The notes under the pieces are model-generated. The model had not been told where the DNA came from and searched no databases. It worked only from the letters and a program-made list of their open reading frames with translations. A stretch of 64,000 nucleotides of DNA. Source: a virus (taxonomy: Duplodnaviria; Caudoviricetes). The stretch spans positions 1 through 64,000 of IMG/VR virus record IMGVR_UViG_2687453341_000003; one strand, written 5' to 3'. Of this stretch, positions 17,667-27,837 are shown piece by piece. A program made the translations under genes and the position numbers. Position 1 is the first letter of the stretch. Each line of letters begins with the position of its first letter.

Positions 17667-19700
17667 TTACTCGCCGGTGACCTTCACAGCGGCGCGTGGG
17701 TCTTGCGAGTTCACACCGAAGTCGATGTAAGAACGAAAGCCCATGCCGAGCGTGTTGGCCGGCATCTCAACGCGTTCGATGACCGGCGTACGTCGACCGT
17801 TAAGGAACACGATCTCAAAGGCGGGCAGTACATTTGGATTAGCGAACAGATACCAAGCCGAGCCGCTGGCTCCCTGGTAGTAGCTGTCCGACAAATGCGG
17901 CGTTGAAATGACGCGGTACTTGTTGCGGTGTGGGTTGTCGACCGGAATCTTGGTCGGCGTTCCCTGGGCATCCATCATGAGCTGGGCCGAACCCATCAGC
18001 AGTTCCGCATCGGTTTCGATCTCGACGGGAACGACCAAAAACTCGGGCCGAATGTTGATCGGCTTTTGATCCTTGGCCTTGTTACCAGGCCCAACCTTCT
18101 GCTTGCGGAAGGTCGTCTTGGCAACGGTGAGCGACTCGGGACCGAACTTTGTATCGGGACCTTGCAGCAAGTTTCCATTGGCCGAGGAGAAGAACGCCGT
18201 GTTCTTGAGCAGTAGCGTGAAGAACAGCTCATCGATCGACTCAGCACCGCTGCGTCCCATTTGACGAGGGATGTCCATGAACGCGTTGAGGTCATCGTTG
18301 ATGATGTCGTGGCGAGTCAGCGCAAGGATCTGACCGTAGGTGTCAGCCTTGTTGCTATACTTTTGGTCGGAGAGCTTTCCATGCTTCAGCTCGCCATCGG
18401 GCGCAACCTTTTCGAAGCCGCCAGTGCCAAGCAAACGATAGCGCGAGATTTCCTTGAAGTCACTCACAGTCCCGATGCTGCACAGGTCAAACGCTGCGAT
18501 CGGCGTCGATTCATAGGCAGACAGAAGCGTCTTGTTCATGACATTCTCGAGGATGCCAGGAAGCGACATCGTCGAAAAACCGGCGCGAATCGTTGCGGTT
18601 CCATCGCCGAAGACGCGCGGAACATCGAACCCTTCGAGCCGTGCGCACTCGGCAACGAGTTCACGCAAGCCAATGTGGCGAAGCGGATCGGCAGCGTTGA
18701 GCGTTCGCTCTCCGTAGGCCTTGAGCAACTTTGTTTCGTCGAGTCCTACCGATAAGCAGCAAGCTGCCTCGAGGACTTCGCGTCGGTACATCGGTTGGCT
18801 TGCCTGTTGGTCAGGGGCCTTGGGTCGTTCGATTCGCAGCACTGCCAACTCCGTTTTGGTAACACTCCAGCCTTCCTCGATCGCGCGAGCTTCGATCTCC
18901 GTGTGCTTGCCAGCACACACTTTGCGAATGCCGGCGATACGCTTGGATTCAGCAGCGGCTTCGATACGCATCTTGGAAACGACTCCGCTCGTGACAGGAC
19001 GCTTGGGCTTGCTGCCCATATCCAAGCTGGCGTTCACCGGGTCGAGCTCCGAATCATCGGACTCGGTGGTGTCGTCATCCGGCTGTTCGCTATCGAGGTC
19101 CTCGTCATCGCCAGACTGGCCAGCTGCAATCCGAGCCTCGGTGTCATCGTCGGCACCAAGGGCTACGAACGAGACTTCACCCAGCGTTGACTTGCGAGCG
19201 ATGTAAACAGGGCCTTTGAACTCGCGACTGTTGGCGGTTGCAGTCTTGCCTTCAGGAATGAAGACAACTTTGTCGGCGTTCGCGCCGAGCGATGCTTGCC
19301 AAGGGAAACCGTTCTCGCTGGTAGCGATGACTTCTTGCGCGGTATTGCCCACACCTGAGATCACGCCAGCGACTTCAAGCCGAGAATCGCCGACCATGAT
19401 GTCGTCGGTGTGACCAACGATACTGGCGCGATCGTGGTCCTTGAGAATGGGGCGAGACTTGCGAGTAACTCGCATGCCCGCTAAGTCAACGACTACGGGA
19501 TATGGCCAGCCACCAAGACGCATCGCGCCACCGGTGTAAGCGACCATTGAGAACTTTCGCAGCGCCGGCTTGCCTTCTTCGGCAGCCTCAGCGGCTTGTA
19601 AATTGATCGAACTGGAATCGTCACAAACGATTCGTAGCGAGCTTGGTACCGACTCGGCATCCACCTCACTCTGCTTGTTCGACTGCAATGTCTTCGTCAT
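17667..19700 (-). CDS. Prohead protease-scaffold-major capsid fusion (Mu gpT-like capsid domain)
   Basis: Protease motifs AYTGG, ILKDHD, PWQASLG and EVSFVALGAD; capsid motifs VSDFK, TYG....TR..IINDDL and IDFGV...DPR. Confidence 0.9.
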   Translation of the reverse strand: MTKTLQSNKQSEVDAESVPSSLRIVCDDSSSINLQAAEAAEEGKPALRKFSMVAYTGGAMRLGGWPYPVVVDLAGMRVTRKSRPILKDHDRASIVGHTDDIMVGDSRLEVAGVISGVGNTAQEVIATSENGFPWQASLGANADKVVFIPEGKTATANSREFKGPVYIARKSTLGEVSFVALGADDDTEARIAAGQSGDDEDLDSEQPDDDTTESDDSELDPVNASLDMGSKPKRPVTSGVVSKMRIEAAAESKRIAGIRKVCAGKHTEIEARAIEEGWSVTKTELAVLRIERPKAPDQQASQPMYRREVLEAACCLSVGLDETKLLKAYGERTLNAADPLRHIGLRELVAECARLEGFDVPRVFGDGTATIRAGFSTMSLPGILENVMNKTLLSAYESTPIAAFDLCSIGTVSDFKEISRYRLLGTGGFEKVAPDGELKHGKLSDQKYSNKADTYGQILALTRHDIINDDLNAFMDIPRQMGRSGAESIDELFFTLLLKNTAFFSSANGNLLQGPDTKFGPESLTVAKTTFRKQKVGPGNKAKDQKPINIRPEFLVVPVEIETDAELLMGSAQLMMDAQGTPTKIPVDNPHRNKYRVISTPHLSDSYYQGASGSAWYLFANPNVLPAFEIVFLNGRRTPVIERVEMPANTLGMGFRSYIDFGVNSQDPRAAVKVTGE

Positions 19701-21150
19701 CCGTTACATCTCCTGGAGAAAGTGAAGTTGAATCGGTCGAGAGTCCGAGCTCACGCATGAGCGAGATCTCTTTCGCGCGTTGTTTAAGTTCCGCCTCCCA
19801 ATCACGCCCCTGCCTCGCGTATTCATGGGCCAGAGTTGTCGTATGATTGGCGAGGCGGATTTTCTGGGCATTGGCTTCTTTGGCTGGGTCGACATGCTCA
19901 TGTCCGTCCCAGAACCATTGATGCTCGAACGACGAGTCGAGGGTGCGAAGCGAGTTAGGCAGATAGCCTTCGATGAGAATCGCTTCGCGCAGCCATGCGT
20001 ACAGAATGCGATCCAGAATGGTGCGAGCCATCTGGGACTGCTCGACACGGATCGACTTGAAGTAGGTTTGGTGGTCGAGTCTCCCGGAGGCATAGTTGTA
20101 ACCCGACGAATTACCAGCAGCGACATTGAACGGCATGTTCAAACAACGTGCGATTTCGTTGAGAATCTCGCGTTTGAACTCTGCGTAAGTCGTGGCTGGT
20201 TGCTCAGCATGCATCTGAGCCATCTTCCAACCGCCTGGCATGGTCAGCAGGGCTCGCTTCTCCAGCTCGATCGGCTCGAACGGTTCAGCAGCGTCCGCTT
20301 CGCCACCGGCCGGCGCATCGGTGTAGAGAATCCCAGCGAAGTCAGCCGCTGTTTCGGCAGCCGCTAATACTGCCAAAGTGAATCGTCGCAGTTGTGCAAA
20401 CAGTGGCAGCGCCGGCGTGATATCGGGGATACCACGGATCTGCCCTGGACGATCGCTGCGGAAGAAATGGAGGATTGAATTGGCATCGATGGTGTCGTAA
20501 CTCTCGGTCAACGAGAATGCGTCGTCGCCCGGATGTTCTCGAAGAACATCGTATGAGATTGGGTTGCCATGCTCATCGAAGCGAATGCCATCGAGGTAAC
20601 GATTACTGTCGAGAGCCAAGATAGGTGACGTGACCTGTTCGGCTTCGACCAGCTTGAGATCGAGTTGAACCGGCGAATCGATTCTTGGGTTACTGGTTAG
20701 CAAACCAAATGATTCACCGTCCGATACGCGGGCGAGCCGCATCGTGCGTAGCTTCTCTGCCAAGCAAATTGCATCAGCCCACGCAAAGAACTCTTGCTCA
20801 ACAAATCGGTTTGCAAATGCATCCATAGTCAGCATTTGCAATCGAGGGCCCGTGCCAACACAGTCGTTGGCCAGAGTCAGCGAGATGCCACGAGCATAAG
20901 AGTTGTTGGCAATCTCGTATCGCGAACGGTTGCGTAGCGTGCGGCGCACTTCGGGGCTATTGGCCGCACTGGCCGATAGTCCGTCTGCGGCCGCCCAGTG
21001 GCGAACGTTGTCGACCGTGGTGGTCGCAGCGTCGTAGCGCCCCAGCAATCTCACCAACGACCAGGGGTGTCGGGTCGAGCGTCCACGGACGAGCGATCGA
21101 TCTTTGCGATCGCCGTTCTTGCTCAGAATCCCTGACAACAACTTAAACAT
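19666..21150 (-). CDS. Lambda-family portal protein (intact)
   Basis: LRNRSRYE..NN, DGESF, RPGQIRG.P, YNYASGR and HVDPAKE motifs. Confidence 0.93.
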   Translation of the reverse strand: MFKLLSGILSKNGDRKDRSLVRGRSTRHPWSLVRLLGRYDAATTTVDNVRHWAAADGLSASAANSPEVRRTLRNRSRYEIANNSYARGISLTLANDCVGTGPRLQMLTMDAFANRFVEQEFFAWADAICLAEKLRTMRLARVSDGESFGLLTSNPRIDSPVQLDLKLVEAEQVTSPILALDSNRYLDGIRFDEHGNPISYDVLREHPGDDAFSLTESYDTIDANSILHFFRSDRPGQIRGIPDITPALPLFAQLRRFTLAVLAAAETAADFAGILYTDAPAGGEADAAEPFEPIELEKRALLTMPGGWKMAQMHAEQPATTYAEFKREILNEIARCLNMPFNVAAGNSSGYNYASGRLDHQTYFKSIRVEQSQMARTILDRILYAWLREAILIEGYLPNSLRTLDSSFEHQWFWDGHEHVDPAKEANAQKIRLANHTTTLAHEYARQGRDWEAELKQRAKEISLMRELGLSTDSTSLSPGDVTDDEDIAVEQAE

Positions 21151-21222
21151 CCGTGACTCAATCCCTACTGTTAAACCCGACACCCCTGCCTATAGAAACA
21201 AGCTCGATCAGTTGCGAACCAA

Positions 21223-21420
21223 TTAGTCCGCACCCGGTGGCACGAGCTTGTTGAAACGAAGACCACGCTTCGGTTGAGAGGCGGCTGTTTTGGACGCCAG
21301 ATACTTGTCAGCAGCGATCTGCTCCGTGAGCTTGTGCTGCTCGACGCTACCGGCATCTCCCGATGCCTTAGCAGGTGCTTTCGCACTATCGCGAATCGTT
21401 TCTTGCAAGTTGTCAGACAT
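21223..21420 (-). CDS. Small head-completion (gpW-position) protein
   Basis: Lies between terminase and portal; near-identical copy at 35046-35243. Confidence 0.75.
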   Translation of the reverse strand: MSDNLQETIRDSAKAPAKASGDAGSVEQHKLTEQIAADKYLASKTAASQPKRGLRFNKLVPPGAD

Positions 21421-21530
21421 ACATGCGGCCTACCTGAGAATGAAGAAGTGGTCTTCTATCTGTAGGAATACCCGGTACCCATGTAGATTGACGGAAAAGC
21501 GAGAATATTTTTTTGATCAAGTCTTTCGGG

Positions 21531-23801
21531 CTACTGGTTCCGCCGGCGCTTCTGCATCTCAGAAAAGCTCATCCGCTCCTTACGGATCTCGGCCGTGCCT
21601 TCGATGCCTGGAAGAATCACGCCTTGCATTGACGCCGCAACCGCAGAACCAACCAAACAGTCAAACCAGTGGTTGTCGGGCTGCTCCGGTCGCTGCTTCC
21701 ATTCGTCGACGCTCCGGCCGCGGGCCTCTGTCTTGACGAAGTACTCCGAGGTTAGATGCTCGGCGAGCATGCGATGGGTCTCGGCGTTGGTGCCAAAGAG
21801 CGAAAGGCAACCGCGATCGCCCATCGCGACTTGCAGGCGAGCGTTGATAAACGACTTCCACCAGTTCGTATCGTAGACCACGTGGCGGATGGCCCGCTTA
21901 CCGGCGACGTTGGGGATACGCCAGTTGAGCCCTACGCGATCACCTGGCCGGCGACGATATTCGCTAAACGGCAAACTCGATGCGCCCACGAAGCGACCGT
22001 GGCTGGGGATGATCACAGCGGCGTGTTTTGACTGCCGGCAGAACTGGTAGACCACATCCGTCGACTGGCCCCAGTTAGCATCGATCAAACAGCGACCGAT
22101 GCGCATCGCTGCACCGTCATCTCGCTGCCATTCCCGATCGAGTAGTTTTGAAGTTAGCGATTCGAGGCCGGCGTAGATCGATCCTTCGAGTCCGCTTCCA
22201 GTCGCTTCGGAGCTCAGTGTCTGGCGAGCCTCGCGCAGCGTAAAGTAGGGACGCTGCTGGTCGGGGTAGCAACCATAGTCGATTACATAACCCGTGTAAT
22301 CGTCCTCCCAAGCGGTGACCACATAGAACAGGAGCTTTTGCTGGACGTCAATGAAGGCCGTGAGATGGTTTGCACCGATCGATACCAAACCACGATCCAT
22401 GCGGTTGATCTTTCTCGCGACTTCTTCTGGTTTGAGCATTCCGTCAACCACCGTTTCCGCTGGCAGAGGTTGGTTTTGATATTCGGCGAAGAACGCAGCT
22501 TCGTCTTGTAGCTTGAGATTCATCGCGTGTTGGATTGCAGAGAGTTCGTCGTAGTTGAATCGCTCCTGCCAAGCGATAACGGCACCCTCGTCCATCGCGG
22601 CTTGATTCTGACGATAGAACTCGGTGGCCGCTTCACCACCATCACCGCCACGCATCCCTTCGGCGCGGATCTCGGCGTAACGTTCCCATAGCGTATCGTT
22701 CTTGGGGAACGCATAGACCATCTTTGTCCGCTCGCCATTCCATTCGGGATGCCGATTGCGATCGAGGATATTGTCGGCCATATCACCCGGGCGAATCACG
22801 GTGCAGGGCATGATGCCCGATATTTTCTTGCCCGGCCCGGCCAAGCCAAGGACTGCGCCGGCGAGGATGCTTTCGCGATTCGCGCATTGCGAGAGCGAAC
22901 GAGCGCTCTCATCCGTTTGCGGGTCATCGAGTACCACAAGACTCGGACGTACTGTTCTGCCATCTGGACGCTTGAACTTCATACCGCGGATGCGACCCGT
23001 AAGGCCGGCGACCTTGATGATCGCTCCGCTAGCGCTGCTACCCTCGATTGTTGGTAAGACGACTTCTTTGGCGGTCCATCCGATCTGCGTGCGCTTGCCT
23101 TTGTAAAGTTGACCATTGGCTCGATTGGAAATCCCATCGAGGGCTTGGATCGGGAAGCAGACCTCGGGGAAGTCGGCTAAGAGCAGCTCGTTGCTGTCGA
23201 GTTCGGTTTTGATTGAGTCGAGCATGTCACACGCATGACCTTCATCGCTGCCGATCAAACATACGAAGTTACGATGCCCGTAAAGCACCGCCCATATGCA
23301 AGCGACTTCAGCAATCGAACTCTTGCCGCTACCACGCGCCATCGCGAGTGCAAACAAACCGCCATGCACAACCGCTTGCTCGATCTTCTCGATGACCTTG
23401 ATGTGGTCCGGCGACCAGGCGAGATGGAACGTTAGCGGAAAGTATGTTTCACAAAAGTATCGGAAGTCTCGCGACGCCCGATCTTTGCGATCTGGGTTAT
23501 CGACCTCTGGTAGTTCACCAATGTCTCGACCTGCAAGTGCGAGCGCTGCATTGCGTGCGCGAGCTCGCTCCTTCATCGCATCGTAGGGATCGACACCGTT
23601 TGTCGTACGAGGTGTATGTCGTACGACATGCATCCATGCGCAATAGCGAAGCAAATCGACGGTCTTATTGTCGCCGATGCGTGCGCCGGCGCGTTGACGA
23701 TGGCGATACAGTTGACGCTCGCTGATCACCTCGCCTAGCGGCGTCGAGTTCAGCAGTCGGCATAGCTCGCTTGGTTTTAGCTTCCTCGGATCACTCGCCA
23801 C
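21531..23801 (-). CDS. Terminase large subunit (ATPase plus gpA-type nuclease)
   Basis: Walker A ARGSGKS, Walker B VVLDD, nuclease motifs FIDVQ and DNHWFDC; GTG start. Confidence 0.92.
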   Translation of the reverse strand: MASDPRKLKPSELCRLLNSTPLGEVISERQLYRHRQRAGARIGDNKTVDLLRYCAWMHVVRHTPRTTNGVDPYDAMKERARARNAALALAGRDIGELPEVDNPDRKDRASRDFRYFCETYFPLTFHLAWSPDHIKVIEKIEQAVVHGGLFALAMARGSGKSSIAEVACIWAVLYGHRNFVCLIGSDEGHACDMLDSIKTELDSNELLLADFPEVCFPIQALDGISNRANGQLYKGKRTQIGWTAKEVVLPTIEGSSASGAIIKVAGLTGRIRGMKFKRPDGRTVRPSLVVLDDPQTDESARSLSQCANRESILAGAVLGLAGPGKKISGIMPCTVIRPGDMADNILDRNRHPEWNGERTKMVYAFPKNDTLWERYAEIRAEGMRGGDGGEAATEFYRQNQAAMDEGAVIAWQERFNYDELSAIQHAMNLKLQDEAAFFAEYQNQPLPAETVVDGMLKPEEVARKINRMDRGLVSIGANHLTAFIDVQQKLLFYVVTAWEDDYTGYVIDYGCYPDQQRPYFTLREARQTLSSEATGSGLEGSIYAGLESLTSKLLDREWQRDDGAAMRIGRCLIDANWGQSTDVVYQFCRQSKHAAVIIPSHGRFVGASSLPFSEYRRRPGDRVGLNWRIPNVAGKRAIRHVVYDTNWWKSFINARLQVAMGDRGCLSLFGTNAETHRMLAEHLTSEYFVKTEARGRSVDEWKQRPEQPDNHWFDCLVGSAVAASMQGVILPGIEGTAEIRKERMSFSEMQKRRRNQ

Positions 23802-23997
23802 GTCCCATCTCCTTTGCTTGCCACGCGCTGTAGTGCACGAGGTTGATCGTGCCATCGGCGTTCACCGGCGCACCGCTTTGTATGTCAAGGCGGATCTTCT
23901 CTGGATCGATCCGCTCTCGGTATGCGGCCGCAAGTAGCTTCGCCGCTTGTTCCACCGGAATCCTCGTCGGATCGACCTGGCCCGTTCCTTCACTCAT
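23791..23997 (-). CDS. Small pre-terminase protein (possible DNA-binding/TerS-like)
   Basis: Overlaps the terminase start; homolog at 38549-38755; GGAGG RBS. Confidence 0.75.
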   Translation of the reverse strand: MSEGTGQVDPTRIPVEQAAKLLAAAYRERIDPEKIRLDIQSGAPVNADGTINLVHYSAWQAKEMGRGE

Positions 23998-24146
23998 CGC
24001 ATTCCTCCGTGACTTGGGATCTCGAAACGTGGGGCCACCGTTTGCGCACGGTCGCGTTTTGGCCGCATGTTCGCCTGGTTATGCGGAGCATGTTTGGACG
24101 CGATGGTGGCGTAATGCTGGGGCACCGGTGGCCTCTCAAAAAACAT
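23994..24146 (-). CDS. 50-aa bridging ORF, homologous to the C-terminus of the 1336-aa antisense ORF
   Basis: MFFERPPVPQHYAT...PSHGGMR. Its ATG overlaps the end of the 2096-aa ORF and its stop forms ATGA with the next gene. Confidence 0.45.
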   Translation of the reverse strand: MFFERPPVPQHYATIASKHAPHNQANMRPKRDRAQTVAPRFEIPSHGGMR

Positions 24147-24175
24147 GGAAATTACTAGGAAAACATGCAAGACTT

Positions 24176-24212
24176 CGCTTGAGGTTCCTCGAAACGCATG
24201 GCTCATGTGTGT
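24176..24212 (+). promoter_or_regulatory. Cassette leader repeat 1 (GGCTTG-N14-GCATGGCTCATGTGTGT)
   Basis: Fixed 20-nt offset between the two boxes; about 60 nt upstream of the amidoligase ATG. Confidence 0.8.
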
Positions 24213-24270
24213 CATCGCGACGCAGAAAACGCGACGCAAAACACACCTCGAACCACAAAGGAACAGAACG

Positions 24271-25128
24271 ATGAACGCAAACGAACTTTCTTGGGGAATT
24301 GAATTCGAATGTACGCTTCCTAGCACCGACAACACACCGATCGGCCCCTACCACAACGGATACCAAGTACCCTGGCTGCCAACCGGATGGAAAGCAGAAC
24401 GCGACGGGAGCATCCGACCCGAGAACGCCAGCCGCAAAGGTTGCGAGTTTGTAAGCCCAATACTCAAAGGGGTTGAAGGCGTACAGCAGATCGAGAACGC
24501 GATCGACCAAATCAACGCTCGCGGGGGCCGAGTGAATTCCAGCTGCGGACTTCACGTAACTATTAGCTGGCACGGAGACGCAGCCGCCTTGGCTCGATTG
24601 ATTTCCTTGGTCGGCAACCACGAACGAGCGATCTACGCTTCGACCGGAACCCGCAAACGCGAACAGATGATGTACGCCAAGCGAATCAAACAATACGGCA
24701 ACAAAGACAACGCCAAGAGCCGATGCGAATCGGATCGCTACCACCTGCTGAACTTGACCCACCTGACCCGCGGCAAAAACCGAATCGAATTCCGAGCCTT
24801 CGGCGGAACGCTCAACAAGACCAAGGTGGTCGGATACCTGATGATGGTTTTGGGTTTGGTTGAACTCGCCCTCAATACCAAACGATGCAGCGAATGGGAT
24901 TACATCAAGAAGGAAGGAACTAAGAGTTGCTGGGATCGCCCTGGTGCCGGCCTTGGCGAAACCGAACTCAACCGATTGTTCTACCGACTCGGATGGACCA
25001 AGGGTTGGTACAAGGGTGCCCTTCGCGACAAGGTCTACGGAGAGATCGCCGGCGAAACCAAACCGGAATGGAAAACGATCAAAACCAAACTCCTCGAGCT
25101 CGCCCGCAAATACGACCACGCGGCCTAA
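24271..25128 (+). CDS. Putative amidoligase (COOH-NH2 ligase type 2 family)
   Basis: WGIEFE, ERDGSI, CEFVSPIL, NSSCGLHV, RYHLLNL and IEFR motifs. Confidence 0.85.
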   Translation: MNANELSWGIEFECTLPSTDNTPIGPYHNGYQVPWLPTGWKAERDGSIRPENASRKGCEFVSPILKGVEGVQQIENAIDQINARGGRVNSSCGLHVTISWHGDAAALARLISLVGNHERAIYASTGTRKREQMMYAKRIKQYGNKDNAKSRCESDRYHLLNLTHLTRGKNRIEFRAFGGTLNKTKVVGYLMMVLGLVELALNTKRCSEWDYIKKEGTKSCWDRPGAGLGETELNRLFYRLGWTKGWYKGALRDKVYGEIAGETKPEWKTIKTKLLELARKYDHAA

Positions 25129-25142
25129 ATCGCAACCACATA

Positions 25143-25170
25143 GAACGCCGCGAACGGAATCGCGGCGTTC
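25143..25170 (+). terminator. GC-rich hairpin after the amidoligase gene
   Basis: GAACGCCGCG-loop-CGCGGCGTTC followed by TT. Confidence 0.55.
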
Positions 25171-25324
25171 TTCCGCTTGGTCGCAACACTTGCGCACCGT
25201 CGCGTTCTTCACACCGCATGCGACCAAGTACCCAAGATCCAAACGGACGCAACACACGCGAACGTTGTGCGACACGCGGCCGGCGAGAAAGCTGCGAAAA
25301 ACATTCTGAAAACATGCCGTAAAC

Positions 25325-25361
25325 GGCTTGAGGTTAATCAAACCGCATGGCTCATTTGTGG
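25325..25361 (+). promoter_or_regulatory. Cassette leader repeat 2
   Basis: GGCTTGAGGTTAATCAAACCGCATGGCTCATTTGTGG. Confidence 0.8.
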
Positions 25362-25407
25362 CATCACGTAAACGATTCCATTCCCTTTCCCAAACGGAGA
25401 AACACAG

Positions 25408-25701
25408 ATGAACGACACGAATCAAACGAGCGCCGAACAAGCGATCCAGGACCAACTGCGACGGCTCAAATGGATGATCCCCGATGCTATGCGCCGCATG
25501 GACGAGGCGGCTCAATGCATGCTTCGTCGCGCTCAAGGTGCGGTCAAAGACACCGAGGCATTGCTGGCCGACCAACCATGCAGCATGTCCTGGGTCGATT
25601 TCGCCGAGGGCGACCTCCGCGCTGCACGCGAGGCCAAAGCGGAACTTGCAAAACTTCTCGAGCAACAAAGAATGCTCGAGTTCTTCTTGAGGAAAGACTA
25701 G
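25408..25701 (+). CDS. Small helical hypothetical protein (cassette 1 only)
   Basis: GGAGA RBS; follows a leader repeat. Confidence 0.75.
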   Translation: MNDTNQTSAEQAIQDQLRRLKWMIPDAMRRMDEAAQCMLRRAQGAVKDTEALLADQPCSMSWVDFAEGDLRAAREAKAELAKLLEQQRMLEFFLRKD

Positions 25702-25906
25702 GCCGCTGCAGAGGCAAAGACCGAACACGGAGGTTCGGTCGACGAATCGTTGGCAATATTGGGCCAACGGTTCGTCAATGTGGGCCTGTTTCGTGTATGT
25801 AACTAATAGTGGCCAACGGTCTGCAGCAATGCGAACGGCGGCATCGTGTGCGAATTGTTCGCAAAGGCAGAAACATTCAGATTTCTGCCGAGATTCTCGC
25901 AGGCTT

Positions 25907-25943
25907 GGCTTGAGCTTTCGCCAACCGCATGGCTCATGTGTGT
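25907..25943 (+). promoter_or_regulatory. Cassette leader repeat 3
   Basis: GGCTTGAGCTTTCGCCAACCGCATGGCTCATGTGTGT. Confidence 0.8.
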
Positions 25944-25989
25944 CATCGCGTAAACGATTCAAACCTTTTTCCAAAACGGAGACACAAAC

Positions 25990-26247
25990 ATGACCAACGC
26001 AAACACCCAACACGCAGCGACCGACGCAACCCTTCGCCAGATCTTCAAGGCGATGGATGCCCACCAAGCCCAAGAGATCCGCGAAGCCTACTACAAGGCG
26101 ATCGAGGGTTTGATGACCTTGGCAGAAACCCTTGAGATCGCCGACGCACAACAAACACCCTGCGCCGGCCCGCTTCTCACCGAACACTTCAACGCGGTCC
26201 AAGCCCTGGACGCGATGAAGAACAGTCGCCTTGGAAAGATCCTCTAA
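25990..26247 (+). CDS. Small hypothetical protein (homolog at 40171-40428)
   Basis: GGAGA RBS; conserved second copy. Confidence 0.85.
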   Translation: MTNANTQHAATDATLRQIFKAMDAHQAQEIREAYYKAIEGLMTLAETLEIADAQQTPCAGPLLTEHFNAVQALDAMKNSRLGKIL

Positions 26248-26452
26248 GCCACAGACCAGCGGAATGCCACGGACGCCGCGAATGGAAGCGCGGCGTTCTT
26301 CCGCTTGGTCGCGACACACGCCCACTGCCGCGTGGTGTATCCCTTCTTCGACTAAGTACCCAACAATCAAAACATCGCAACACGGGCCAACGTCGGGGCC
26401 CGTAAGGCCTCCCCTGAAACATGGAAGAACACGGGAAAAAACTGCTGAAATC

Positions 26453-26489
26453 GGCTTGCTACCGGTTAAACCGCATGGCTCATGTGTGT
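26453..26489 (+). promoter_or_regulatory. Cassette leader repeat 4
   Basis: GGCTTGCTACCGGTTAAACCGCATGGCTCATGTGTGT. Confidence 0.8.
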
Positions 26490-26538
26490 CATCGCCCAGC
26501 GACCAACTGCTTTCACCACGCAATAGGAAAACAAACCG

Positions 26539-26814
26539 ATGTCCCGAACCAATGCCAGAACCGTTGCTATCAGAACCGCCTTCAAACAAATGCCTCGCGC
26601 CACCGCGATGGACCTCTGTGAGGACTATCGCGAAGTGGTCACAAGGTTGAAACGAATGACCGACAACTTGGCCGGCGCATTCGTGGTCGCGAGTGGAGAT
26701 TCGGCCCGTGCCCTGGAAGCAGAACTCCGCATGTTCGAAGAGGCCATAGACGTCCTTGCCGGCAGCATGCTGCCCGAAGTAATCGAAGAATATCTGGCTT
26801 CCAAGGAATGCTGA
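26539..26814 (+). CDS. Small hypothetical protein (cassette 1 only)
   Basis: AGGA RBS; follows a leader repeat. Confidence 0.75.
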   Translation: MSRTNARTVAIRTAFKQMPRATAMDLCEDYREVVTRLKRMTDNLAGAFVVASGDSARALEAELRMFEEAIDVLAGSMLPEVIEEYLASKEC

Positions 26815-26842
26815 GAAAACCTGCTGAAAACATTGCAAGGAC

Positions 26843-26879
26843 GGCTTGAGGTTAATCGAACCGCATGGCTCATGTGTGT
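26843..26879 (+). promoter_or_regulatory. Cassette leader repeat 5
   Basis: GGCTTGAGGTTAATCGAACCGCATGGCTCATGTGTGT. Confidence 0.8.
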
Positions 26880-26922
26880 TATCGCATAACCAATTTTCAT
26901 TCACCCAAACGGAGAACCAAAC

Positions 26923-27195
26923 ATGAACCTCGACACCCTGATCGAAATCCTCAGCGACTACCGCGAAGAGTTCGGAGGCGACGCCGAAGTGCGACTGATG
27001 ACCCAGCAGAACTGGCCCTTCGAGAACCGGATCTGCGGCGTTACCAGCGGACGCGACATAAACGACGCGTCCGACGATGAGGATGAAGACGACGACGCCC
27101 AAGACGTTGCCGACGACTACACGGTCTACATCGTCGAAGGCGGGCAGATCTGCTACGGCAGCAAGCGGGCTTGGGAAACGTGTCGCGATAGTTGA
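26923..27195 (+). CDS. Small acidic hypothetical protein (homolog at 40459-40716)
   Basis: EVRLMTQQNWPFE motif and Asp-rich loop; GGAGA RBS. Confidence 0.85.
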   Translation: MNLDTLIEILSDYREEFGGDAEVRLMTQQNWPFENRICGVTSGRDINDASDDEDEDDDAQDVADDYTVYIVEGGQICYGSKRAWETCRDS

Positions 27196-27257
27196 CCGCG
27201 ACACATCGATGCGCCAAGGAGAAGATTCTGGAAAACCTTCAGAATCTTTTCTTCTTC

Positions 27258-27294
27258 GGCTTGCTGTCGGTTGAGCCGCATGGCTCATGTGTGT
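27258..27294 (+). promoter_or_regulatory. Cassette leader repeat 6
   Basis: GGCTTGCTGTCGGTTGAGCCGCATGGCTCATGTGTGT. Confidence 0.8.
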
Positions 27295-27339
27295 CAACGC
27301 ACTTGCGAGTTCACATCTACAAACCATAGGAGTAACACA

Positions 27340-27549
27340 ATGGCTGGTCACACACCACAACAGTACGAATCGTACAACGACAACTGGGCCGAGGTTCAAA
27401 ACCAACTGGCCTCTATCAAGGAACGGATTGACCAGTTCCCAAATCCACATTATGAGAACTTCAGTTTCTACGAGCACCAAAGCTTCACCCTGCGAGAGGT
27501 GGCACGAGCGCTCGAGGGCTTGCGCGAGTATCTCGGCATCGCCGACTAG
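27340..27549 (+). CDS. 69-aa hypothetical protein (cassette 1 only)
   Basis: AGGAG RBS precedes MAGHTPQQY. Confidence 0.75.
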   Translation: MAGHTPQQYESYNDNWAEVQNQLASIKERIDQFPNPHYENFSFYEHQSFTLREVARALEGLREYLGIAD

Positions 27550-27754
27550 TAGACCCAGCGTCAAATCAGAACCGCGGCGAATGCATGTGCCGCGTTGACT
27601 GGCTAACACAACGCGACACATCAAACGTGTCGCGTTCTTTCTTCTGCCTGCGCCCAATGATGGAACAAGAATACGAACGCGACACAAACGAACGTGGGCA
27701 AAATTGGGCGATGGGGAGAAACATGGAAAAAGACTCGGAAAAGCTGCTGGAATT

Positions 27755-27791
27755 GGCTTGATGCTGTTCAAACCGCATGGCTCATGTGTGT
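27755..27791 (+). promoter_or_regulatory. Cassette leader repeat 7
   Basis: GGCTTGATGCTGTTCAAACCGCATGGCTCATGTGTGT. Confidence 0.8.
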
Positions 27792-27837
27792 GCATACCAA
27801 ACGCGGTTTCAAACCAACCCAACACCGGAGAGACACG

